Shown here one piece after another: positions 29,727-46,589 of a DNA stretch of 64,000 bases. The translations under genes and the position numbers were made by a program. The DNA lies in assembly GCF_009914755.1 (NCBI RefSeq), contig NC_060928.1; one strand, 5' to 3'. Under the pieces are notes generated by a model, which did not search any database, was not told the DNA's origin, and saw nothing but the letters and a program-made list of their open reading frames with translations. Source of the stretch: the human T2T-CHM13v2.0 reference genome, Homo sapiens. Each line of letters opens with the position of its first letter. Position 1 is the first letter of the stretch.

Positions 29727-31053
29727 TCAATTCTGTCTAAACATTCTGGATTTCCCATCAATTACTATGCTAAGTCCTTGACACAATTCCTGCCAATCTT
29801 TGGGCAAATGCCTCCCAGTACTTCTATTTTAACACCCCAGAGTGCGAGCCATATGACAGATCTCTTCATCTATGTATTTTGCATGCACACTTTCTTTAAA
29901 TGTGAAAGACTACCCCTATGAAATCAGCACTTCAAAGTTATTATGCTTTTCCTGGATTTTAGTGTACTGTATAGATTGGAACAGAGTATTATCCCAGTTT
30001 TCTGAACTGAATTGACCATTAAATTCTCATAGGGTTTATACACATGTAATATTTCAGGCATACTTAAACCTTCCTAATTAATATAATGTTTCTTGAAAGG
30101 TGAAGTAATTTTTTCACTATTGATGTTATTAAAATTTCATATATGTAATTTATTCATGACATTTCTGTTTTAATCATAGCTCTTTTTACTGCAAGTAATA
30201 GGAACTCAGTAAAGAATAGCTTGATTGAGAAAGAAATATTTTTGGAAAAATACTGTTAGCTGACTTCATGTTGTCCTGGGACAAAAACTGTAAAGATATC
30301 AAGGAGTCAGAAATCTACATGCTGTTGGTTGTTGTTGTTTATCTTCCTCTCACTCTTTCTCTTTTTATCCTTTACCCTCTTTGTAACTCTCTCTTTTTTT
30401 CACTCTTATTTTTGTCATTGTTAAATGATTCTTACTGCTGAAGTGTGCAAATGGCCAACTTTCTCATAGTCATCATGTTTACATGTCTGTAATTTAAGAA
30501 ATCAGCTACAGCTGGCTAGCCAGATACTGGGAAAGAATATTTGGTTAGGTTGTAAATCATGGTCACAAAGTAGATATACAAATGTGTGCAAAGCACATAT
30601 GGAGCCGTTTTATGGACAGGGAAATAGATGGTAGTTCTCAGATATGAGGTTTGTAGGCTCCTTGAAAGATGTCTACTTACCTTGTCATTTAGAAGATACC
30701 ATAGCAGTCATTAGGTATTATGGTCGAAATAGGACTAATTTTCCCTTCACTACCTATCTTACTATTCTAAATAATTCTGAGTGCTAAATAAATGCTTACT
30801 ACATGATTAAATGAATAAAGTAATCGATAGCAGGCATGTCTTAGCATAGCTCAACTTGTGTTGGTAATTCTATTATATTCCCATCTCCTGGGCTAAAAAT
30901 TGTGGCAGTTACCTTTCACTGTTCCTTCTCTTTTGTACTCTTTTACAATACTCTCAAAGGTTTTCTTTTCGTTGTTCCTTTGTTATGTCTAATGAATTTG
31001 CACCTTTCTCAATATTTCTAGTGACATCTCCGTAATCCTGACTTCACCTAGAT

Positions 31054-31360
31054 CAGCACTTTCTAAATTCAATTTTATGGAATAGTCATAACCAGTGATG
31101 TATTAATGAATGTTCTGGAAAAAAATAATAAAAGGTTTCTAAGATCAAATAAACTTAGGAAAGCTGCATACTTTTTCACCCCTTGGAGATTCACAATGCA
31201 TATTAATGCCTTTAAAAGTTCTATAATAAAGAAATCCATTTAATATTGATTAACTCAACATTTCTTTAAAGCATCTAACCAAGGAACCCTTTTCATCATA
31301 AAGTACCTGTTAGTATCTCATAAGACTGGTGTTGTATAGATCAACGATTAGTAAATGCTA
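31054..31360 (-). mobile_element. MER103C-like hAT-Charlie element
   Basis: tcaaataaacttaggaaagctgcata...ccttggagattcacaatgcatatta...accaaggaaccc. Confidence 0.65.
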
Positions 31361-31598
31361 AGGTAGACTCTTAGAAGGGATTCCTGTTTTCTCTTTGCTT
31401 ATGATGTTGCTGAGTCTCTCCACCCTATACATTACAGTTAAAATAATTATTACAAAATAGCACCAGGTAATGGGCAGATAGAAAGTAGTTACCAAACTTT
31501 TGTTGGCTAGATTAACTACACAGATGAAGAAGAAAATGAGTTTAATTAAAATCAGAAATGTGACACTTGTTACTCAACTAAAATAAGCTAAATTTAAT

Positions 31599-31760
31599 TT
31601 TTTTTTTCTTTTCTTTTTTTTCTTTTCTTTTTTTGTATTTTTAGTAGAGACGGGGTTTCACCGTGTTAGCCAGGATGGTCTTAATCTCCTGACCTCGTGA
31701 TCTGCCCCCCTCAGCCTTCCAAAGTGCTGGGATTACAGGCGTGAGCCACCACACCTGGCC
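31599..31760 (-). mobile_element. AluY-type left arm only, joined to an A-rich tail
   Basis: tgtatttttagtagagacggggtttcaccgtgttagccaggatggtc...cctggcc; right arm absent; flanks gctaaatttaat / gctgaatataat. Confidence 0.9.
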
Positions 31761-32843
31761 GCTGAATATAATGTCAAAAAGAACAATCTAACTAGTAGTG
31801 TTTTCTTTAAAAGTAAACTCTTATTTATGTGCCTATATCAATGAGGTGCCTATAAGAGAACTATCAAACAGTATCTAGACAACTTCTTAGAACACACTCA
31901 CCAAGTCAAAGATAATTACTAATAGGACAAGTCAATTGCTATTAATTTTGATCATTGCTTTCTTCATTTTTATTTGCCTATGTCTAATTTTATTATTTCA
32001 GTCAAAATGATGAACACTAGGAAATGAGTTTTTCGTTTTGAAATTCCTACCTAAAAAAACATTTATTTTTGCACACTGGAAATTTTTAAGGTTGCAATAA
32101 TCTTTTCATGTTAAATAAATGTCTATATATATATTGTGAAAGTCACATTCAGAATGAGAATATCTTACTGAGTCTTTAAATCTCTGTGAGTACTAGCTTG
32201 TTCTTTTAAGTTAATGAAAGAAAGCAATAGTCATCATCAAAGCATATATTGTTTAAAAATCAATGAAGGAATTGCCCTCTTTCTTGCTCTTTCTACTTTC
32301 ATTTTTTCTTCCCCTGCCTGGAAGCTTAGGAAAAGTCTTTGTTCAGCCTTTAGATGTACAGTCTGGTGTCATGCCTGTTAAGTTCATGATAAAATTGAAC
32401 TAGTGTCATCATCTAGCCTAGATATTGGCCCTTGATGTTTTATACCAGGAAGTTAATTATCAGCTTCCTTTTCAGAGCCTTGTTATACCCACACAACTGT
32501 TCTGTTTTCTTGCTTTTTTATTTCTCTTACTAAGTGTAATTACAATAATTCTTATTGTTTCCTTATAAAGTATAAATACATATTACCAGTATATTATAAT
32601 CACAAGCTGAGATAAATGACCTTTCTGGGTTTCCAGAATGTTTTAACCTTAGTTGATCTACCATATTTGTGTAGGATTGATGCGTTATATACAAGTCTGA
32701 GATATTCACATTTTAAAAGGCTCATTACTTATTTTTTTCAGGAAATAACACTGATAACTTTTAAAGCTTAGAGCTTCCCAATATTAATGGGGTTATTCAC
32801 ATCTAATATTTGAAAACTATTTCACAGATTTTCAAATATACCT

Positions 32844-33393
32844 TCATGTATTACTTTATTTGGTCCTTGCAGAACCCTGTGAAGATTATAGACATTATTA
32901 TTCTATGTAATGAAGGAGTAAACTGCATAATAGAGAAAGTCAATTGCATTGTGTCCTCATATACATAGTGTTGGAGCTGACTATTGGAGCAACTCTAATG
33001 CCAATTTTTCTTACTCTCTTATTATTGAAGGTGTAACTTGATAAAACTGTACCTGCGTTGCAGTTTGGGGTTTTAAAGTGTGAGTATTGTTTTGACACAC
33101 ACACTTAGGCTTGACATCATGTATTATTTTATTTGGTCCTGGCAGAACCCTGTGAAGATTATAGACATTGTTATTCTATATAATGAAGGAGTGAACTGCA
33201 CGTTAGAGAAAGTCAATTGGATTGTGTCCTCATATACATAGTGGGTGTTGGAGCTGACTATTGGAGCAACTCTAATACCAATTTTTCTTACTCTCTTATT
33301 CTTGGAGATGTAACTTGATAACACTGGACCTATATTGCAATTTTGAGTTTTAAAGTATGAGTATTGTTTTGACACACATACTTCGACTTGACA
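32844..33393. repeat. Tandem duplication, two units of 273 and 277 bp, partly MIR-derived
   Basis: Units 32844-33116 and 33117-33393 both start tcatgtatta(c/t)tttatttggtcc and end cttgaca; about 25 substitutions and a 4-nt indel by hand count. Confidence 0.95.
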
Positions 33394-33599
33394 TCTATTT
33401 TATGTACAATCCTAAGTTTATTTTATCTTTTGTGTGTTCCTTTTATAACATAAAAATAAAGTGGACAGTCTCAGTATTAATGCCAATTGTAAATCACCCC
33501 TGAATTATAGCAGTCGTCAGCATATGATTTCACATCCATTAAGGGCACAAAAATGAAGCAAGTGTTAGTATACTGAGAAGTAAAAACAGTGTACTACTT

Positions 33600-33825
33600 A
33601 ACAGCTCCATACAAAGTCAGAGTACCGTGGCTTAAATTCATCCATTGCAAGCTCTGTGACCTTGTCCAAGTTACTGAAGACTCATTTTTCTTACATGCAA
33701 AGAGGCCATCATTAAAGTGATTTTCTTGTAGTGTTTCTCTGAAAATTAAATGGCATAATATGTGTGAGATATTTAATGCAGTGTGTCTATTTAGTAAACA
33801 CTTGAAAATTGTTAGCTATGAAAAA
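33600..33825 (+). mobile_element. MIR
   Basis: gctctgtgaccttgtccaagttact...ttaaatggcataata...gttagctat. Confidence 0.75.
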
Positions 33826-34939
33826 AATAAGATGAAAACTTCAAACTATATGCAAGCCCTAGAACATCAAAACACACAGCTCCGAAGAAAAAAGAAATGA
33901 AAAGGAAGATAAACAATTGGTGAGATGAGAAGGGGTAATTAAAAAGAAATGTGATGGGCTGCTGTTTTTATTTAAGATGTAGAAAGTTATAAAAAGTGAA
34001 TGCCCTTCCCAGCTTAATGATAAAAGTAAGCTGCATAACCTAAAAAATAAAATATTTTAGCTCATCAAAGAATAAGGTCCAAAGAGAAAGTAACTGAGTG
34101 AATTAAAATCCAAATGTGATCCCTCCTACTATATACAGGATATATAATGACTTTAATTTTTGGAATGAACATTTTTCATTTGAAATCTGCAAGAGCCCTA
34201 TTTACAAAGGGGAACCTTTTCCTATTCCACATCTCTTTTCCATTCATCTTCACTGAGAACTCATGAGAAAGACTGAGGCGAGGGCAAGAAAACTGAGAAG
34301 CAAATCTTTTAAGGAGCAAGCGTACTGAGTCTACTGTAGTCTCACTGAGAACTAAAAGAAGGGCCTTTGCATTCTGGGCCTTACACTGAGCAAGTGGCAG
34401 AGACAGTTTACCTCAGGAGAAGGGGAAGGAAAATTGAGATCCCCCTTCCCATCATAGGTACATATGCACAAGACTGGACCTTAAGCTGGGGAAGGAGGGG
34501 AGAAAGAAGAGCTGAGACTTCACTTGCAGAGTGCTAAAGCCTGAGAGCAATGGAGAAAACTGAGAGAAGCCCCACAGATACTCTCCATTGAGTGACCCAA
34601 TGCATATCTTCCATTCGGGGAGGGAGAGAAGAGTTAAGAGAGAAGTCTTCTACCTCACAAGTGCAGTGCATTGATGGTAGAGATAAGAACTGAGATAAAT
34701 CCCACAGGTGTTCTGGGCCTTTCAAAAGTACCAGGAAATGGCCCTATACCGTTGGGACAGGCAAAAGAGAGTTGAGGTATACCTCTCATGCATCCGAGGA
34801 CAGCACACAAGAACTAAGAAAAATAGCTCTAGGCACTGAGACTCTTAAGTCCTGCTACAGAGAGGGTTCTGATTTTGACCTCAAAATTTTAAGCCCATGG
34901 TGAACTGAATTTACTTAAAACAACAAGGCTCAGACCCAT

Positions 34940-35373
34940 TGTATGAGTTTCCTAGGGCTGCCATAACCAAGAACCTCAGACTGGGTTGCTTAAATAAAAA
35001 TTTTTTCTTATGATTTTGGAGGCTGGAAGTCCAAGATCAAGTTGATGACAGGGATGTTTTTTCCTGAAATCTCTTTCCTTGGCTTGAAGATTGCCATCTC
35101 CTCCTTGTGTCTTCACATTGTCTTTCCCTCTGTGTGTATATGTGTCCTAATTTCTTCTTCAAAGGACACCAATTGTATTGGACCAGGACCTACCATATTT
35201 GTGTATCACTGCTGCACTATATACAAGTCTCAGTTATTGACATCTTAATGGCCTCATTTAACTTTACCTCTTAAAAGACCTTATCTACAAACAGAGACAT
35301 GTTCTGAGGAACTGAGAGTTAGGACTTCAACATATGAATTTGGGCAAAAGGGGATACAATTCACCTCCTAACC
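34940..35373 (-). mobile_element. MLT1A/B-type MaLR solo LTR
   Basis: tgtatgagtttcctagggctgccataacc...ggaggctggaagtccaagatcaag...ggacttcaacatatgaatttggg. Confidence 0.88.
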
Positions 35374-36370
35374 CCTATCGAAACTACACACTAGACTAAC
35401 TCATTGGACTGTACTGTCAACCTGTCTGAACAAATGATATACTTTTTGCTGTGTGTGAATGTTACTTCCCTCAGTCCTTATTTTTTATACACAATGCTCA
35501 CATTCACTAAAAAAATTACAATACACAAAAAAGCAGGAAAATATAATCCTTTGCCAAGAAAGAAGGAAAGAATCAATAGAATCAGAGGTAGACATACCTC
35601 AAATGTTGCAATTATCAGTAAAGGATTTTAAAATTCCTATAATAAATATATGAAGGGGCTTATTTGAAATGGTGTACAACATGTGGGCTAGTTTCTCATC
35701 AGATGCAGTGGAAGCCAGGAGATAATGGAATAACATATTTGAAGTTCTGAAAGAAAAAACTGTCAACCTAGAATTAATACTCCACCAAAATATCTTTTAA
35801 AAAGAAGGTGAAATGGAGATACTTCCCAAAATTTAAAAAGCTAAATTTTTCTCTAAAGCCCTTATACTACAGAAATGCTTTTAAAATGTTTTTAGGCTAA
35901 AAAGAAATGTTACCAGATACATATGTAGTGATCTTTGAGTTGAAGAACATTTCAGAGAATCGTATGTAAATAAATATAAATAAATTTTCATTTATATAAA
36001 TAGGAATATAATATGTATGTGCATAAGAATATATATTTATGTAGGAAGATATATAGGCAAATACATATAGGATGTATATACATAAATATTTTTATATAAT
36101 AAATATACATATATTTTTAGTTTTGTTAAACACATTTGTCTGACTTAAGGAAAAATAATAACAATATAATGTGTTTATGGCATATATAAAAGTAAAACGT
36201 AACAGTAAGAACACAAGGGATCGGAGGGTGATAATTGAAGGTATACTATTATAAGGTTCTTAGGTTTGTCATGAACTAGTGGACTATTTTTTGAAAGTAG
36301 ACTGTGATATATATTAAAGGTACATATAACAATATTATGAGCAAAAACTAAGACCAGCACAGAGAGCCAC

Positions 36371-37058
<688 letters not shown>

Positions 37059-40000
37059 TCAATAGGAAAGATAAAATGGAATACTAAAAATAGTAGAGTT
37101 ATCTGTTTCCAAAACAAGGCAAAAAGAAGGAACAAAGAAACAAAATACAGATTGTCTGAGATGAATTCAAATACCTGGATAGTAGACCTAAATCCAAACA
37201 TTACAATAATTGCATTGAATATAAACATCCCAATTAAAAGACAGACTGGATAATAACTGTCAGTTTCTCTTAAAAATTAATACATATCAACTTTATGGCC
37301 CTGTAATTTGAATCCTAAGTATTTATCTATGATAAATGAAAACCTTCATCCACAAAAACACTTGTATAAGAATATTCACAGTAGCTTTGTTGATAATAGT
37401 CAAAATCAGGGAGTAGCTTAGATGTTCATCCATAGGAGAATGGATAAACAAACTGGCATATTCCTACAATAGAAGATTGTTCACCAATAGAAAGGGACAA
37501 ACTAGTGATGCATGCAACAAAATGAATGACTCTCAGAAACATAATGTTGAATGAAAGAAGCCAGGAACCCTGAATTTAATACTGTATGATTTCTTGATCA
37601 TAGAAATCAGATGAGTTGTTTTTGGGGGCCAGTTGAGTGGGGGTTCAGTGAAAGAGAGTATGAAGACACTGGGGTAGTAAGATATCCTAAACTTCATAGT
37701 GGTGTGGGTTAAATGAATCTAGGCATTTGTCAAAACTGACCAAAATACATTTAAAATCACTTTGTTTTTGGTATGTAATTTGCAATAAAAAAAGAAACAT
37801 TTAGTTATTCTGGCATACAGTCCACTTTTTAAATTATAGTACAGTTTATCTTTACTAACCACTGTACACCATGATTTAATCTCCTGTTATGTTACTACTA
37901 CTACAAATATTTAGCAGTAATGTTTATACACTGAGTTCCAGTTTACAAAATATTCTACACAAATAGTGTTTTATTTAGGCTTCAAAATTACTCTAAGTTA
38001 AACAGGAAAGGCTCAGTATAATTATCCCTCCCCTGTAGAGGCATAATGTTGCTCATATGTTTATCCAGAATTGGTGACGTGATCAGTGGTTAAAGCAAAT
38101 CTTAAATGATGATATTTTGGCTCTGACTCACTTCAGTGAATTTCTTCTATTAAAAACTCAATTATATGTAAATTTAGTTCCTCCTGCTTTCCTCTTCACT
38201 TAATTTGAGTGGTCCCATGTCTCATATATGTGAAGTAGTTCTTTTTTAGCATTGTGTGGTGTAAGGCTTGGTGGCCTTTTATGCTGACCACATTTCCTAA
38301 GCCAGTCAGACTGTACTCCCACATCCCTCAACAAAACCTGGTTACTGAAAGAAGCCAGAAAACCAAAGACAATAGTGAGGTTATTTCCTATGTGAGTATA
38401 ATAGATTTAGAAATGGAAGAAGTGACAATTCAAAGTGCCTTTGTACGCTAAAATAGAAAACCCATTTTTAAGCCATATTTGTCTTCCAGTCCCCATTCCC
38501 CTATTGCCTCATGAATGTTAGGTGTATTGTGATGATTATTAAAAGATCTAAAGTTTTTGAGGCCTTTGGTCTTTATAAGTGTCTTAGGTGTAAGATATGA
38601 GTTTGGGATGATGTTTAATGTAGTATATGAATAAATGCCATACCTATAAAAATAAAATAATCATATACAAAATTTGAAAAATTTGAAAAAAACTATCTCC
38701 CAAAATAGGATTGAACATTATTACTGCCATGTTCTGAAATTGGTTATCAAAACCTATACTATATACTTTTAACATAGAAAGGAAATTTCAACAGTTACAC
38801 TCGCAGACATAGGAAAGGGTGACTATAAATTAAAATCTCTCTGGAAAATAGGTTTATTATCCAAAATAATACTGATTCATTAGGGGAAGTTATTTAACTC
38901 AATTAATACTTTCTGCTGAAGACTTTACTGAAGCAACTGTATACTGAAATAGAGAGGTTATAAAATTTCATTAAACAGGATTTTTAAATTGTAGTCTCAG
39001 TAGTGAGTTAAATTAAGGAAAATGAATCCACATTTTTCTCTTTCAGAAGTATGTGTTCATAAGTATAATTTTTCAACTTCAATCATATAGCCCATATTAA
39101 ATTCTAATTAATATTGGCCATCTTTTCTAATGAATTTAGTATCTAGATTTCTACTTAGTCTTTCACGTTACAAGTTACATGGACAAACAATTGAGACTGT
39201 CTATATTTCATAGAGGCTAACTAGCACCCACACTCATTAAAGGAGCACAGAATTGTCTGAATAAATTACTTCTGAGTTTCCTGCTGACAGCTGGAACCTG
39301 GGGAGCAGTTAAGAGTATAATATTCTTACCTCCCTCTGCAAGAAGTGGCCAGAATAGTTAACACTTCCTTTTACTTTCAGCAGCCTTACTACTTAGAATC
39401 ATTTAAACTGCTGTGACCAAGTTATCAGATCATGCTGCTGCCACTAATCAAAGCTGTTCAACAAGCGGAATATGGCAAGAGGAAATAATAGAGTATGTTT
39501 TCATTTTGAATAGAAAAAAAATGCAAAAAAAGGAATTAAATACAAACACCAGGTTTGTAACAGGTGTTTTATGAGAATTAGTTACAGAACAGATCGTTCT
39601 CCCTCAGACAAGATTCACCAGAGACATCTGCCCTCTATGGTGTTAAATAAAAAGGTTCATGTTGCCCCAAAGATCCCTGTTTACATATTTAGCTTCAGTT
39701 GCCTGTTTAGAACCAACAGTTCCATTATGTGGGATTTTGAGAGCAAACCCTCTTTGCTCCATTTTCCCACTATATGATCTTGTAGTTGTGACACATTATC
39801 ATAAGCCTTTTGATTTATTTATCCATATCCGTCTCTTCTCTGTGGAATAGTTCTATGATGGTGAGAACTATGTTTTGTTCATTTATGTGCCAGTGGTTCT
39901 TGGTTCAGGACGTGACACATATTAGACAATCAATAGGAATTTTTGTTTGCATATAACACTTTTTATTAAGAAAACTCTATTGACTTCCACCTGACAGTGC

Positions 40001-40783
40001 TAAGACAATGAGACAATATTTAGTTTCTTACATATGGTAGTCAGCAGATCTCATTGTCATTCTTGAGTGCTGCTTGGATGGGCTCTTTTGTTTTGTTCTT
40101 TTGACAAAAGTACTTTGTCTATAATAAGTTTATTGTCCTTTGTGAATTAACCAGAATTTGAGAGAACAAGGTTCTGCTTAATATTCTTCTAATACTCAGT
40201 TTGTTGGATTCAACAATACATTTTTCAAAGTTTTTTGTAAGCTCTTTCAAAATATATTTTTGATCACTATATATTGTTTCCACTTAAACAGTTTATATTT
40301 CCTAAGTAATATTGAAATTGAAAAGAACACAGAATGCTGTGGTCATTAAAGGATAGAGTCAGATAAATTTGGCTTCAAATAAAGTTCCTGCTAACCTTAT
40401 TTCACCTATTTTTTTAATTTAAAAATAGGAATAAGAATAATAATACCAACCTCACACGGCTATTTTGATGATTAATTTTTCATGATTACATGATGTGATG
40501 CCTACTTGGCACAGTGCTTGTTATGTAGTAAATAAAAATAAATCCTATTTTTTTTTCATTTTATTTATTTATTTTTTATTTATTATTATTGTACTTTAAG
40601 TTTTGGGGTAAATGTGCAGGTTAGTTACATATGTATACATGTGCCATGCTGGTGCGCTGCACCCACTAACTCCTCCTCTAGCGTTAGGTATATCTCCCAA
40701 TGCTATCCCTCCCCCCTCCCCCCACCCCACAACAGTCCTCAGAGTGTGATGTTCCCCTTCCTGTGTCCATGTGTTCTCATTGT

Positions 40784-44612
<3,829 letters not shown>

Positions 44613-44675
44613 TATGATGTTAGCTGGTGATTTTGCTCGTTAGTTGATGCAGTTTCTTCCTAGTCTCAATGGTCT

Positions 44676-45691
44676 TTACATTTTGGCATGATTTTGCAGC
44701 GGCTGGTACCGGTTGTTCCTTTCCATGTTTAGCGCTTCCTTCAGGAGCTCTTTTAGTGCATGCCTGGTGGTGACAAAATCTCTCAGCATTTGCTTATCTG
44801 TAAAGTATTTTATTTCTCCTTCACTTATGAAGCTTAGTTTGGCTGGATATGAAATTCTGGGTTGAAAATTCTTTTCTTTAACAATGTTGAATATTGTCCC
44901 CCACTCTCTTCTGGCTTGTAGAGTTTCTGCCGAGAGATCCACTGTTAGTCTGATGGGCTTCCCTTTGAGGGTAACCCGACCTTTCTCTCTGGCTGCCCTT
45001 AACATTTTTTCCTTCATTTCAACTTTGGTGAATCTGACAATTATGTGTCTTGGAGTTGCTCTTCTTGAGGAGTATCTTTGTGGCGTTCTCTGTATTTCCT
45101 GAGTCTTAATGTTGGCCTGCGTTGCTAGAATGGGGAAGTTCTCCTGGATAATATCCTGCAGAGTGTTTTCCAACTTGGTTCCATTCTCCCCATCACTTTC
45201 AGGTACACCAATCAGACATGGATTTGGTTTTTTCACATAGTCCCATATTTCTTGGAGGCTTTGCTCGTTTCTTTTTATTCTTTTTTCTCTAAACTTCCCT
45301 TCTCGCTTCATTTCATTCATTTCATCTTCCATCGCTGATACCCTTTCTCCAGTTGATGGCATCGGCTCCTGAGGCCTCTGCATTCTTCACGTAGTTCTCG
45401 AGCCTTGGTTTTCAGCTCCATCAGCTCCTTTAAGCACTTCTCTGTATTGGTTATTCTAGTTATACATTCTTCTAAATTTTTTTCAAAGTTTTCAACTTCT
45501 TTGCCTTTGGTTTGAATGTCCTCCCCTAGCTCGGAGTAATTTGATCGTCTGAAGCCTTCTTCTCTCAGCTCGTCAAAGTCATTCTCCATCCAGCTTTGTT
45601 TCGTTGCTGGTGAGGAACTGCGTTCCTTTGGAGGAGGAGAGGCGCTCTGCTTTTTAGAGTTTCCAGTTTTTCTGCTCTGTTTTTTCCCCAT
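44676..45691 (-). pseudogene. L1 ORF1p, frameshifted
   Basis: MGKKQSRKTGNSK... (45317-45691) and ...REKGRVTLKGKPIRL...YPAKLSF...NHAKM (44676-45383) lie in different frames; 1-nt loss near 45348. Confidence 0.95.
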
Positions 45692-46589
45692 CTTTGTGGT
45701 TTTATCTACTTTTGGTCTTTGATGATGGTGATGTACAGATGGGTTTTTGGTGTGGATGTCCTTTCTGTTTGTTATCTAACAGACAGGACCCTCAGCTGCA
45801 GGTCTGTTGGAGTACTGGGCCCTGTGAGGTGTCAGTCTGCCCGTACTGAGGGGTGCCTCCCAGTTAGGCTGCTCGGGGGTCAGGGGTCAGGGACCCACTT
45901 GAGGAGGCAGTCTGCCCGTTCTCAGATCTCCAGCTGCGTGCTGGGAGAACCACTGCCCTCTTCAAAGCTGTCAGACAGGGACACTTAAGTCTGCAGAGGT
46001 TACTGCTGTCTTTTTGTTTGTCTGTGCCCTGCCCCCAGAGGTGGAGCCTACAGAGGCAGGCAGGCCTCCTTGAGCTGTGGTGGGCTCCACCCAGTTTGAG
46101 CTTCCCAGCTGCTTTGTTTACCTAATCAAGCCTGGGCAATGGCGGGCGCCCCTCCCCCAGCCTGGCTGCCGAATTGCAGTTTGATCTCAGACTGCTGTGC
46201 TAGCAATCAGCGAGACTCCGTGGGCGTAGGACCCTCCGAGCCAGGTGCGGATATAATCTCCTGGTGCGCCGTTTTTTAAGCCGGTAGGAAAAGCGCAGTC
46301 TTCGGGTGGGAGTCACTCGATTTTCCAGGTGCCGTCCATCACCCCTTTCTTTGACTAGGAAAGGGAACTCCCTGACCCCTTGTGCTTCCCGAGTGAGGCA
46401 ATGCCTCGCCCTGCTTCAGCTCCTGCGCGGTGCACTGCACCCACTGGCCTGCGCCCACTGTCTGGCACTCCCTAGTGAGATGAACCCGGTACCTCAGATG
46501 GAAATGCAGAAATCACCCGTCTTCTGCGTGGCTCACGCTGGGAGCTGTAGACCAGAGCTTTTCCTATTCGGCCATCTTGGCTCCTCCCC
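45692..46589 (-). promoter_or_regulatory. L1 5'UTR internal sense promoter and antisense promoter
   Basis: CpG-rich 5'UTR; YY1 site intact (gccatcttg at 46571-46579 on +). Confidence 0.85.
46139..46279 (+). pseudogene. L1 ORF0, truncated to 46 aa
   Basis: MAGAPPPAWLPNCSLISDCCASNQRDSVGVGPSEPG matches ORF0; a 1-nt deletion then gives ADIISWCAVF* (TAA 46277-46279). Confidence 0.85.

Noticed and set aside
35960-36120. Very AT-rich quasi-palindromic stretch
   Set aside because: Low-complexity (TA)-rich decay within an old L1
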